Origin: Azolla caroliniana
Lineage: Eukaryota; Plantae; Polypodiophyta
Assembly (NCBI GenBank): GCA_043228905.1
Contig: JBHGNT010000007.1
Location: forward strand, 5,084,001-5,148,000
Direction: 5' to 3'
Length of the DNA stretch: 64,000 nucleotides
The notes under the pieces were generated by a model that saw nothing but the letters and a program-made list of their open reading frames with translations, made no database searches and was not told where the DNA came from. Each line of letters starts with the position of its first letter. Position 1 is the stretch's first letter. This document shows positions 37,401 to 49,499 of this stretch, piece by piece. Made by a program: the position numbers and the translations under genes.

Positions 37401-40400
37401 TTCACCCACTTCCATACCTGTATGCATTTGTTATACTGTCCCCTTGTAGGAAAAACTACCATTGGGATAAGTTTTCTTGTATTTACATAGCTGGTACAAA
37501 GGCTAAGTGCACTCTTTTGAAAGCATCTTCAATACATATGAAAATGTGTTTATTATTTGAATCATAGTTGCCATTCAAAAACAGACCACAGGAATTGAGT
37601 TTCTGTATAATAGAAACAATAGAAACAGGGGTCATAAATTATTGGAGTTGAAAACGTATAGCACAAACATTAGAATTATAGCATGATATGGCAAGTAGAC
37701 AGTAGCAAAACTCGAAATAATGTGATAGAAACTATAGTTACTGTCATCAACACAGTAGTGAATTTCAATCAAATTATGAGATACCTCTGATTTCTTGGCT
37801 GGAAAATAAAAATTGTTCACACATTCATCCATATTTGATAGAAAAAATTTCATTCATAGCATTTAGAAGCCAAAAAGGTTCCAAAATCTATCTGCATTCC
37901 TCCTTGAGAGATTTTTCGTCCACTTGGAAACACTTACATGCAATGCTTCGAGATCAATGGCATTAGCCCCAGGAATGTTTGAACTGTCACTACATAATGT
38001 TAGAGCTGCACTTGCTACACGTGATGCCTGCATAAAAATAATTTTATCAATATCGTAATATCCAAATGTAACACTGCAAATCAAACTATCGTAATTCAAA
38101 CTGAAAAAGAATAGAATTACCTTGCATATCTTAGCAAATGAATTACCTTGCACTATCGGACAGTGAAGAATTAAAATAACATGCTCTAGAAATTTAATGG
38201 AAGACATTTATACACGCAGAGAGTTCACAACATTCTACAATTTACACAACTTCAATGAAGTTAAAATGAAATAGGAAATCTGGGCACTTGAAATGTAATC
38301 GTGAAAGCTCGGTTGACAAAATAGCGCAGCAACAACCTCCACCAACTCATGCAGTTAGGCGATGGTCAAATGCGTATTAATGACATTAGAGTCTAGGGTG
38401 CAACTCTATTTTGGTCAAGTAATAGTATTGACAAACATTCATGAGTAGTAACAGGTAGCAGTAATGGTTGAAAATCAAGGTGGAAGGGCCTTGTATGAAG
38501 CGAGAATTCTATAAATTCATGAGTAATTCTGCTTATCACGAATAAACAGAAGGTTAAGATGAATGAATCCTTAACTAATGAACAAAAAACATTTACCAAG
38601 TGTTGGAATATGTCATTTCGAGCCACAAAGTCTGTCTCACTGTTAAGTTCTATAATGGTTGCTAGTCCCGGCTTCGAACATAGTGCCAGAAGACCTTCAG
38701 TTGCAACTCTGGATGCCTTCTTGCTTACTGATGTAAGTCCCTTCTTTCGCAATTCTGTAAATGCTGCCTCTGCAAGTTCACCAGAAACATAACCAAAGTT
38801 ATTTGAACCATAGACAGATAGAATGAAATATAGACTAACGGTTTCTAAGCGGCCAAAATGGCCTATGAGACGAACAAGAGAGTACACCTTAAAATGTTGT
38901 CTTGCATTTGCAATTAAACCAAAAGAAAACACAACTTAATATGAAGCTCTAAAGAGTCTCATTAACTAAGAACTTAAGATTCTGAACTTAGACTGAAACT
39001 TTTTCCTTAGAAAAATCTCCAACAAGGTTCGATTAAAGACGGAGAGGTCTCTGAAACAAGGAAAGCACCTTCATCGTGAGGTGATAATGACCTTTATCTA
39101 TTGATGTCAATAGTTACAAGCACAATATGTAGATGATCAGGAACTACACGCACCACAAACTTCTATTGCCTGATCTATCCTAACCTCTTTCGAGTGTCCT
39201 GGTTAATCAAATGTCCTAGTTAAGACAACATGTGTATGGACCCTGATTTACTTATAGCATGAGAAGAAGTGGAGCTAAAGAAAGTTATGATATTCTTTGT
39301 TGATGAGTTGTTGTGTTGGGGTAAAGACCCTAAATGACCCCCTTATAGTGTATACATGTGTATAGGCGTAATTATAAAGCCCACAAGTCACTTATCACTT
39401 ATTCTTTATTTTTAAGCCATGTTCAATGTGAACTTGGCCAACCCTAAATGGCTTATATAAAACATAAATTTAGAACTTTTGGATCTCACTTCAAAAGGCG
39501 AGGTCCTCCAACTACGATGCTGTCCATTTCAGCCATTGCTCTACTGCTGCTCCTAACACACCCATACTTTGATGACTACTGCGTGTTCCTTAACTCTATT
39601 GACATCATTTTTTACCCTTTCAATTGGCATCAGAGTGGATTTAGGGTTTCAGAACTACTGCGCATGTGTTGTACAGCAAAGAAAAGGTGCTCTATTTTTT
39701 ATAATCTTCAATTTCATTGCGAAGAACCTTGCTCCGAAGCTTTGAGGAACTTCTTGGGCATCTCAACAATTCATATATAGGCTTTTTTTAGGTGATTTAC
39801 ATGCTAAAACAGGTGTCTTTGAGCAAAATATCTGTGATTCCAGCAAATTCTTAGGTTTTTGCAGGTTTTCTCACCATCAACGTGCTGAACACATACATTG
39901 AAAGAGATATCCTACTGGAATTTCTAAAATTCCAGCAAATTTATCCATCAAGTTAACCAAAAAGAGAAGGACAAGAAAAACGACAAGATTGATGCACAGG
40001 ACAGCCAAATGGACAAAGAGAAGGCCAATTTGGCCTCTAATGTAGTCATAGAGGAGTTGTCAAATGTTGAGGACATTTTATGTGCTACTTTTTCAGCTGA
40101 TGATACTTATGCATATGATGCCTCTCTAAATGTTCATGCACAGGACATGTGCATCACTGAGAATGATCTTAATGATGCTTTGTTGACCGCCAATGATGCA
40201 TTGGCCCATACATGGATAGTTGACTCTGGTGCTTCATTTCCTGTGACCCTATCAAGGAGTGTTTTTCTACTTTTAGTGTAGGCAGCCATGGCCATGTATA
40301 CCTTGGAAACAATCATGCATGTTCCATTGAGCGTATTGACACGGTGCATTTTTCCAGAAATGGCACTAATGAGTTGGTTTTGCACCAAGGATCAAGAAGA

Positions 40401-43400
40401 GTTTGCTTTTTTATGTACCAAGGATCAAGAAGAGTTTGCTTTCTATGGTCAAATGGATATGCATGGTTATAGCATTCTCTTTGAAAGAGGATCATGGAAA
40501 ATAACAAAAGGTTTAAGGTTGACTGTGAAAGGCACAAAGAAGGGAACTCTTTATTGCTTACATAAAAATGCTTTATCATGCAAGTTTATTGCTTTGCTGA
40601 AGTTCACTCCCATATGGAGTTGCCCATCAAAGATTTACCATGCAAGCAATACAAAGTCCCTTTATACCTTTTAACAATTAGCCTAGAGCCTTTGATAAGC
40701 TTCCATGACCCTTCCTCAAAGAGGGTACTATATCCATGCATATCCATTTGTCTAACTGACGATAAAGGCAAATGACCAAAGCGTGCATGCCAAATCTTTG
40801 CATCTGAAATAGCCTAAGAATCCTGTATTGCACACACTGAATCATTTATAGATCTTTCATAATCTACGAGCTTATACAGCCCACGACATAAAACACCAGA
40901 AGCAATAATAACATCACCATTGGACAAATCATGAATTGTACACCTATCTTCAACAAATTTAACAACCAAGCCAATCTTGGCTAATGTTGAAACTGACAAC
41001 AGATTTTTCTTGATCCCTAGCACAAATAAGCATCTGACAAGGTGAAAGAACTACCATCAGTAATAGTCAAAATGATTACCAACACCCATAACCGGATAAG
41101 ATGAGTTGTTGGCGCATGTGACAATATTCCCTATTGGGGCAAGCTCCAATGAAGAGAGGAAATTGCACTGCGAGGTAATATGTTTGGTTGCCCCACTGTC
41201 GAAGTACCAAACATCTGATTCTACAGCAGACATACATTGTTCAAGTGAAGATGGCTCAAAACTACAAACAATAGTAAATGCCCATTCTTCATTTTGCACA
41301 AGATTTTGCAAACTCTGTTTTCAGTGCAGAGACTTCTGTAACAACGAGTCCTGCCTCTTTTTTCTTTGCCTCTTTTGCAGCCAGTTTTGGACAGTTCTTT
41401 ATAATATGATGAGTTCCTTTACAATATTTGCAAAAACAGTTTTTGTTTCTACTCTTGTTTTTTTTTTATTCATTTGTGAAGTATTAGCAAATCTTTGCTT
41501 GTTAACAAATGAGTTCCATTTACCTTTGCCTTTCTGACTAGCTAGGAAAGCTTGATCTGCAACACACATAATAGACATGTTTTGCCTAGACTGATCTTCC
41601 TATAACAAAATAGAAACTAGCTCCTCGAACGATAAGGCATTGGGATTACCTTTCATCATTAAACGAAGAGTAAAAGCAAAACTCTAATATGAATCAGGCA
41701 GACCATTTAGAATGGTCTGCACAAGTGAACTATTTGGTATCATTTCATCATCAAAAATTAATTGTTCCTTTAAATTTTTATTTTCGTAAAAAAATTGTCC
41801 ATAGAATCAGCTTCATTCATGTGCTCACTCTCTAACTGTTCTTGGAGATAAGCAACATGACCCTCATTTCTTGCTTTGTATAAAGTGGTAAGAGTATCCC
41901 AAGCATCCTTTGTTGTCTTGCAAGAGCGAATATGGGGAATAATGGCACGTTTCACAAACAAAGCTATCAAAGCATGTGCTTGAGCATCTCTGCCATCCCA
42001 AGAAGTTGCTCTGCATTAGGTACAACAGAAACTGCAGCATGAGCATGAGTAGGATGATCAACATCCTTGACAAAATCAGTACCATCAGTGTTTGTGTTCT
42101 CAACAACAAGATGTTTTTCAACCCCCTGAACCACATTCCACAACCCCTTCGCTACTAATACATGGCACATCATATAAGCCCACAGAGGGTAATTTGTTCC
42201 ATCCAATTTATCCTCAACAGCAAGCATCCGAAATACATCATTGCCCTCAGCCATGGTCGTTGACTGAACACGTTTTGATGCAAAAAATGGATTGTTGAAT
42301 GAATAAAAGGGAACAACGTACCTCTTTGACTTAGAAGATGAACCAGCAAAGAGAAAAGGAAGCAAATCAGATTTCTGTCCAGCAACCATACAAAAGAGGG
42401 TTGTTGGAATGTCGTAGAAGACTCAAGGAGGCTTTTAGTAGGATTGAATCGACTTGGAAGCCGAAAAAAACACAATTGAAACTATGCAAAGGAAGAAAAC
42501 ACACAGAAATTTGTTTTGCAACAACAAAAAAATGCCACCACAGATGACGTAGACGGACTGCATATGAGAGTCGTCGCCTTGTTGTTCACTCGTTGCGTTG
42601 CTGCTCAAACGTCGCTTAGTTGCTCTGATACCACTGTTGGGTTCTTGTTTTGAATCACAAAAACTTACCCACTTTAGGGTTATGCGAGTATTTATGGACA
42701 GGGGGAAAAAACCTCCTAAAGAGGGAAAAAATGCCCATGTGGTCCTAAGTGTGTTCACGCACATCACTACCAAAATATGTCAACAAACAAAAATGAAGCA
42801 CATAACAGCTTTAAGGACAAGGACAAAGAGAAGGCCAATGTGGCCTCTAGTATATCATCATTGAGGAGACATCAGATGCAAAAGATATTCTTTGTGCTAC
42901 TATGGCAGCAGATCATGCTGAAGTTAATGATGCTTCTATTTTTATTCATGCACAGGATATGCAGATTACAAAGAGCAATATAATTGATGCCTTGCTTACA
43001 CTGAATGATGCTTTGTCACAAACTTGGATTGTGGATTCTGGTGTATCATTCCATGTTACTCCTATTAAAGAGTGTTTTATTACCTTTCATGTTACGGGCA
43101 TGACCATAATTTATCCTGTGGTAAGTTGAACCGTAATATTCTATACAAAGGATAAAGTGTAAGGTTTAATCGAGAGTGTAACGAAGGGAAGATTACTTTT
43201 AATCCTAGGAATTGAGACAACCCATAAGGGCTAAGTGTGAATTTGCCTAGGGGCCTTAGGTCTAGCTATGAATATGAGGCCTAGCTACCCTCATTAAGGA
43301 CATCATTGTTTGACTACGTCGAGATTGTGATCGTGTGGTGAACACACTCTTGTAGCGAGCGCGCCAATACTAGATACAACTCGATGCCATGGTGGTGGTA

Positions 43401-46400
43401 TAGGACACCAATCAAGGCTCGAGTTTGTCTCGATCCCTTCGCTCAAGGATGATCGATTGGACGGCACCCCTCTTTCTCTCTCTATCTCTATCTACCTATC
43501 TTATATTTCCTTATTTCATACTTACATTAGGATTAAGCACTAACATTTCATGCAGGCAACCATGGACATGTATACCTTGGAAATAACCATGCTTGTTCTA
43601 TTGAAGGTATTGGCACAGTGCATCTCATTGTGGATGGTACTAATGAGTTGGTTTTACATAAGCATCAAGAAAAGTATATTGTTTGTTAGACAAATGGATA
43701 TGCAAGTATATAGTACCCTCTTTGAGAAAGGGTCATGGAAGCTTATTGAAGGCTCTAGGCTAACTATTAAAGGTACGAAGAAAGGGATTCTGAATTGCTT
43801 GCATGGTAAATCTTTGATGGCCAAGTTTATTGCCTTGACTGAATCATTCACATATGGAATTATGGCATAAAAGACTTGGCCACATGAGCCAAAAACGCCT
43901 TGATAAACTATGTAATTTGGACAAGTTCGATGCTAAAGGCTGAAAACTTGATTTTTGTAATGAATGCCAATATGGTCAGCAAGTAAAGAATTCCTACTAC
44001 TCTGGTGTCTCTCATAAGCATAATCTTCTAGATATAGTTCATTCTTATGTTTGCTGCATAGCATGCTCACCAAATCTATGGAGGGTGCTCTTTATTTTAT
44101 TTCTTTTGTTGATGACTACTCAAGGAAGCTTTGGGTATATTTGTTAAAAATCTAAGGCTGAAGCCTTTGCTTCATTTAAGAAATTTCATGCATTTGTGAC
44201 CACCCAAACAGGTAGAAATTTAAAATGGAAGCTTAAAATGAGCTTATATGGGCTGAAACATGCCCTCGGGCAATGGTATAAGAAGTTTGATGCATTTATG
44301 CTCAAACATGGGTTCAAAAGAAGCCATGCAGACCACCGTTTGTACACTAAAAAGGATGAAGATGACAACCCAATTATTCTCATAGTGTATGTCGATGATA
44401 TGTTGCTAGCAGGGGGAAAAAAGATAATTCTGAATGCTCTAACACAACAGTTGAACTCTACATTCTCAATGAAAGACCTTGAGGAAGCTGAGCATATTCT
44501 TGGTAGGCGAATAAAATGGGATAGGCATCAGTATACTTTGCATTTATCCCAAGAAAAGTACATTGAAAACGTGTTGGACAGATTTAATGTGGCTGATGCT
44601 AACCCTCTTGGAGTGCCGTTGCAGCCACAAGTTAAGCTTTCCAAGGTATGATTGTCCCAAAGATGATAATGCAGCCAATTACATGAAGAATGTTCCATAC
44701 GCATAAGCTTGTCGTTCACTTATGTATGCTTTGGTTGCCACTTGGCCAGACATTGCTCATGCAGTCGGACTTGTTAGCGGATTCATGGCTAATCCTGGTA
44801 GAGCTCATTGGGAGGCAATCAAATCTATCTTGAGATATTTGAAGGGACCAAAGGTAAATGCCTCTATTATGGAAAGGGTCCATTAGAGTTAAAAGGATTT
44901 TGTGATTCAGACATGGCAGGTGATATGGATACACATAAGTCCACAAGTGGCTATGTATACACCCTTGCAGGTGGAGCTATTTCATGGTGCTCCAGACTTC
45001 AGAGGATAGTTACACTATCTACTACAGAGGCTGAATATATTTCAGCCACAGAGGCTTCCTTAGAAGCCATTTGGTTAGCCCGCTTGTGCAATGAGTTTGG
45101 GATGACTGAAAAGGCCCCTATTCTTGGATGTGATAGGCATAGTGACATATGTTAGGCAAAGAATGCAATGTTTCATGCTCGCACAAAGAATATTGATGTG
45201 AGATACCATTTCATCAAAGAAGTGCTAGAGGATGGCCTAATCACTTTCATCAAGGTCAATACTTCACAAAATCCTGCAAATTCTCTCACAAAGTGTCTAC
45301 CCAAGGCACAACATCAGCTATGTATAGAGATAGTGGGAGTTACTTAACTTAAAGTAGCCTCCTTGGTCCTTTAAGTGGGAGATTGTTGGGGATAAAGGCC
45401 CCAAGGACTCTCTTTTTTGTATATTTTTTACCCTTCCATGTGAAAGCTCCTTTCGAGAGCTTTCTAGACACATCTTTACTATATTTTTTTGGTCCCAAAA
45501 CCTCTCATAGTAAGAGTGGGACTTTAGCAACTAGGGTTTTCTCTACATTTTCTACACAGCTTTCTCTACTTTCTCTCTCCTCACACAGCAGCCCACTCCC
45601 TTAGTGTTTTGGATCCAACCACACCACCATCATCATCTCTCTTTCAAGGTTGTTCTCTTTCAACCTTTCTCTATAGGAAATGAGGCATAGTTTTTCCAAG
45701 GCTCCTTACCAGAAAAATAAACTTTTAGAATAGGAGTTTTGAAAGGACAAGACTTTGCATCACTTCTTGATCAATTGATCAATTGATCAATGAAAGAATG
45801 GTGTAGAACGCAGTCAAAAAATATAAGTAATCTTGGAAGGCTATACAAAGGAGAGTATAACATTATCCATAGCCCTGTGTTCATCTAATGGCAGCTTTAA
45901 TGGCACGTTTAATTAACACTTAAATTAAGAGGGGGGTTCTATTAGAAAAAAGAACAAATTTTATCTTACTAGCAAAAACAAAAAACTTTACAATAGGGTT
46001 ATGGGTTAGCTCGAGATTAATATAATGAGATACATGGCAATATAAAAGGGTTACTGGAACAGACCACATTATGTTGAAGTTAACTACATGTATATGGTCA
46101 ACAAGTATCTCCATTGATGTGCCAGAAGTTTCTTAAATTCAACAACATAACATGCACAATTTAAAGCTTGACCTAGTGTTTCAAAACCGGAAGCGTTCAC
46201 TGCAGTGTTTTCACTTTAATTAAGAAAGAAAAGACAAGGCAACACGAAAATAGACCAAGAATGGACGAATGAAAATGAGAGAAAGGGGGGAGGCGAGACT
46301 TACCTAAATCCCAGTTGGATTGCACAAGAGCAGCCTTGACATCCTTCATGGGAGCACTGCTCTTCTCTCGAAGCTTCCTGATGAGAGCAGAAGAATTCTC

Positions 46401-46532
46401 GTTTGTGGAAGAAGATCCATCATTAACACTATACGAGCATATCTGTGTATAGAAGCCGAATAAGCTTCTCATCGTCATCGTCTGGTGGTGGTGACGAGGC
46501 CGAAGGCGAAGCGGAAGACATCGGGCTTTCAT
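31440..46532 (-). CDS. TSFM: Elongation factor Ts, mitochondrial (nuclear-encoded), 8 exons, ~377 aa
   Basis: Phase-consistent GT-AG exons: 46532-46304, 38769-38597, 38027-37938, 37011-36840, 34634-34444, 34277-34152, 31682-31594, 31503-31440 (1134 nt total). Motifs: LIRKLREKSSAPMKDVKAAL..WDLEAAF..LRKKG..KKASRVATEG..IELNSETDFVARN; MGENLKLRR; LAMHIVASRP; KMVDGRLRKY..EQKYIMD; YLRLEVGE. The Arg-rich N-terminus fits a mitochondrial presequence. Confidence 0.93.
33160..33365 (-). mobile_element. Possible tRNA-derived SINE in EF-Ts intron 6
   Basis: Minus TAGCCTACTGG (A-box, 33365-33355) and GGGTTCAAATA (B-box, 33324-33314), followed by two ~50-bp related repeats (33160-33210, 33255-33305). Confidence 0.4.
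35664..36317. mobile_element. Probable solo LTR in EF-Ts intron 4
   Basis: Flanked by 5-bp direct repeat GTGTA (35659-35663, 36318-36322); ends TATTTCC...GGAACA (5' TG possibly mutated to TA); internal gccga/ttcgg repeats. Confidence 0.5.
40757..42780 (-). mobile_element. Second Ty1/copia family, 5' half (partial LTR, PBS, gag, protease, pre-integrase), nested in opposite orientation
   Basis: Canonical tRNAiMet PBS TGGTATCAGAGC (42633-42622) next to an LTR end at 42635; gag KLDGTNYPLWAYMM..LVAKGLW; WYFDSGATKHIT; KKNLLSVSTL; WHARFGHL at ~40770-40793. Confidence 0.85.
43090..43545. mobile_element. Solo LTR inserted in the copia protease region
   Basis: TGTTA...TAACA ends; perfect 5-bp TSD TTTCA at 43085-43089 and 43546-43550; copia coding sequence resumes on both sides. 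Confidence 0.88.
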
Positions 46533-48658
46533 TCTTTCTTTCTGCAGACAGAATCCACGACGAGAACGGAGAAGATGGAGGGAGGGCGGGAGGGTTTCTC
46601 AGAGCAAAACCCTTGCAGCAGGAGATCTGTGTTAGGGGCCCGGGGGGGTATCTCCAGTAATTTTGTAAAATCATTTGGGGGGTACTCGTAGTAATTTTTA
46701 AAACGCAAGCTAGCAGCACTCTTCATATATAGTTCTCTCCCTCTCAAACACGCACACATCTTATATACATACATATACATACATACATAGCTATAGCCTA
46801 TACATATATGATATATACATGCATGCATATATGTATATATAGCACCAACCCTGAGCAAATGGTGTGACCTATACCCTCACTAGGTCTTGCTCTTGGGCTT
46901 GATCTTTGTAACCCTCACTGGGTGCAACAATATATATCATGAGTTGGTCTGTTTCTAATAGCATGGCGAGGTAGGATCTTGAGGATTTCACTCCCACTTA
47001 TCAACATAAGAACTATTATCAGATTTCCTATAATTTCATTCCATGCACTACGTGAGATGTGAGGTGTGAGTGTGCATCTATTTGATTGTGGGGGGGAGTA
47101 CGAGGGTTATTGAATTTCTCTCAACTTGTTCAGACCTCGGGATAGTAACAACATGTCTTGCTCTTGGGCTTGGTCTTTGTAAATCTCATTGGGTGCAATG
47201 ATATCAGAGTTGGGCCCTTCACGACGGGAGTATGAGGGACAATACATATACTTCATCTTTGCTTGTTTTGCCCTCAGGAATTTGCTCGCGAGCTTGGTCA
47301 TGTCTGCCTCACAGTGCCAATCGGTTATAACTATAGATCTCAAGGGTATATATAGCTCCCTTATTATGTATCCTAGGAATTTTATATATATCGGTCTCCT
47401 CACAAATTACCCTTTCTAGAAATTGCGAAATGTTTATGGGGATAAAACTCTTCTTCCCAACATCCTATATTTGATACTATTGTATGAAAGGTGGAGTAAG
47501 TTTTTAAGGAAATTAACCTTCTTCCTTGTGAGTCCCATTGGAGATCTTTGTGCTACATCATTGCATGGTGAGAATCTTCGTGATTGGCAAAGCATTTACA
47601 AAATTCATCATGTTCCTAGAAAGAGCAATGAATGAATCATTTCAATAGAATCGATTCTGAGTGATAACATGTCCCGAGTTTGATCCATCTTCAACTTGAC
47701 TTTTTTCCCTAGTCATCATGATTGAATCTCAACTTATTAGGGTAAGGTTAGAGTCATTTATCTATTGATAGACTATAATTTCTCTATGTTTTCTCAAAAA
47801 AAATCCATCCTTATTGCGTGAAGATAGAAACAAATCTTCCATTTCATGTATGCCATTTAGGGAAAGTTATGCAATCAATCCCACATATTGAAAAGTAGCT
47901 ATTTTTATGATGCATCATGATCTAAGTGGGAAATCAATTCCTATGTTATCGGGGAAACAAACACTAATATGTTTGGAATTCTACCTCTTGCATAAATAAG
48001 GGCATCCAAAGTCATTCAAGGAGACTAAATTGAGAAGGAGAAAAGAGAGGAATGAGGAATATAACTTATGAGCATATTATGTTTATGCAAAACAAACTAT
48101 TATAATAATAATAATAAATAGTTGATCTCAAATTTTATGATTGTCTGGAAACTAATGATTTATTGGCATATTGAATACTTGTATCTGACGTGCATTTGAG
48201 CTATTATTGATGTTAGGGTAGATAAAAGACCGGGTCAACATGCAATTATGGGGTGAGCAGCAAGTTGTCATTGAAACTAGAAATCAATTTGCTAAAGAAT
48301 AAGGGTAGTTGTTTGGTATGTAAATATGTTAGTTGGTCATTCCCTATATTCAATATGGATCATGGAGTCATGTAGGGCGTGGGTGAGATGCAACCGAACA
48401 ATGAACTCATGATAAAATTGATCGGCATCAAATCAATCATGAAAGGGGACGAGAGTCAAGTTGTTGATACCTTTGGTTGGGCTTAGTTTTTGGTGAGACA
48501 TGAGGTGGCAAACATGGGGATTGAATGGGTGAGCCTTCTTGAGCATTGCAATTTTCATAAATGTGGAATGAAATGGAATAGATTTTTTACCACCCTCAAG
48601 GAGACCCAATTTGGCCTATGGAACCAAAAAAACATATCATTTTATATGTGATTTCTAC

Positions 48659-49200
48659 CTAGGAAGGGGGGTTACTAATATGTGGTAAAAACTCTCTACG
48701 TGAAAATAATGCATGTACATATGTTCTCACCATTGTTGATGGTAATTTGTGTATGATGCTTAAATTATCATGCACATCATACTTCTCGTGAATTGCCTTA
48801 TATGTTGAACATTCGAGAAGTGCGTCATATTCATTCTCCACTTGGTTTTCATTGTGTATTTTGCATATCTTCATACTTAGGTGATGATGATATGATGGTT
48901 TAGCATTTACAACATCATATTTTGTAATTTTGACATTTTAGCAACTTGTCGGTTCATCCTTAGGGCCTCTAGTGATCTACTCTCAATGATCACATACAAT
49001 ATAACATCATGTAAGAGCTCCAATAGATCTTTTACTCCCCATCGTTTAAACCATTTAAGAATGTGTAACACCTAACCACAGAGAGGATTTTGCTCTCATT
49101 AGATTATCGTACCGTCCATCCTATGTTCTAGGCCTATTTTGGCAATCTATCATCGAGCATATTCTTGACTATTTGTGATACACTTGTATATTCTTTGCAT
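48659..49200 (-). pseudogene. Non-LTR retrotransposon C-terminal remnant
   Basis: ICKIH..QVENEYDALLECSTYKAIHEKY resembles the C..C..VEDE.H.LL.C..Y..IR C-terminal motif of LINE RT proteins. Confidence 0.5.
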
Positions 49201-49229
49201 GGCTTGCACCTCTAGGGCCAAACATCTAT

Positions 49230-49252
49230 AGGGGGGGGGGGGGGGGGGGGGG
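49230..49252. repeat. Poly-G tract (~23 nt)
   Basis: Direct reading of the sequence. Confidence 0.9.
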
Positions 49253-49499
49253 TTACACCCCAGAATTTTTTTTATGATTAGGGTGGAAGTCTTGTCAATT
49301 GAAGTATGTCTTTTTGATCCTTTCCCCCTTAAGCATCCCTTCCTCTCTTTATATTGGGGTGCACATGCATAGTATGTATGTGGGGGTGCATGAAATGCAT
49401 GTGATGCATGTGATGGATGATTGTCATTTGGCTCACATGTGATGCATCACTCGAGTTTCTCATGAATGACACAAACATAAGGCAATAAAAACTATTAGT

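Larger units (their letters stand above)
39314..45647 (+). mobile_element. Composite, degenerate Ty1/copia locus in EF-Ts intron 1
   Basis: LTR 39314-39622 with PBS TGGCATCAGAGT (39625); two copies of gag-end/protease (WIVDSG at ~40212 and ~43025); LWHKRLGHMSQK; RT YVDDMLLA (44196-44651); RNase H (44808-45330); PPT AAGTGGGAG and 3' LTR from 45384. Confidence 0.85.

Noticed and set aside
46880-47420. ~70-bp direct repeat pair and a 98-aa ORF upstream of EF-Ts
   Set aside because: No recognisable domain or splice structure; most likely TE debris.
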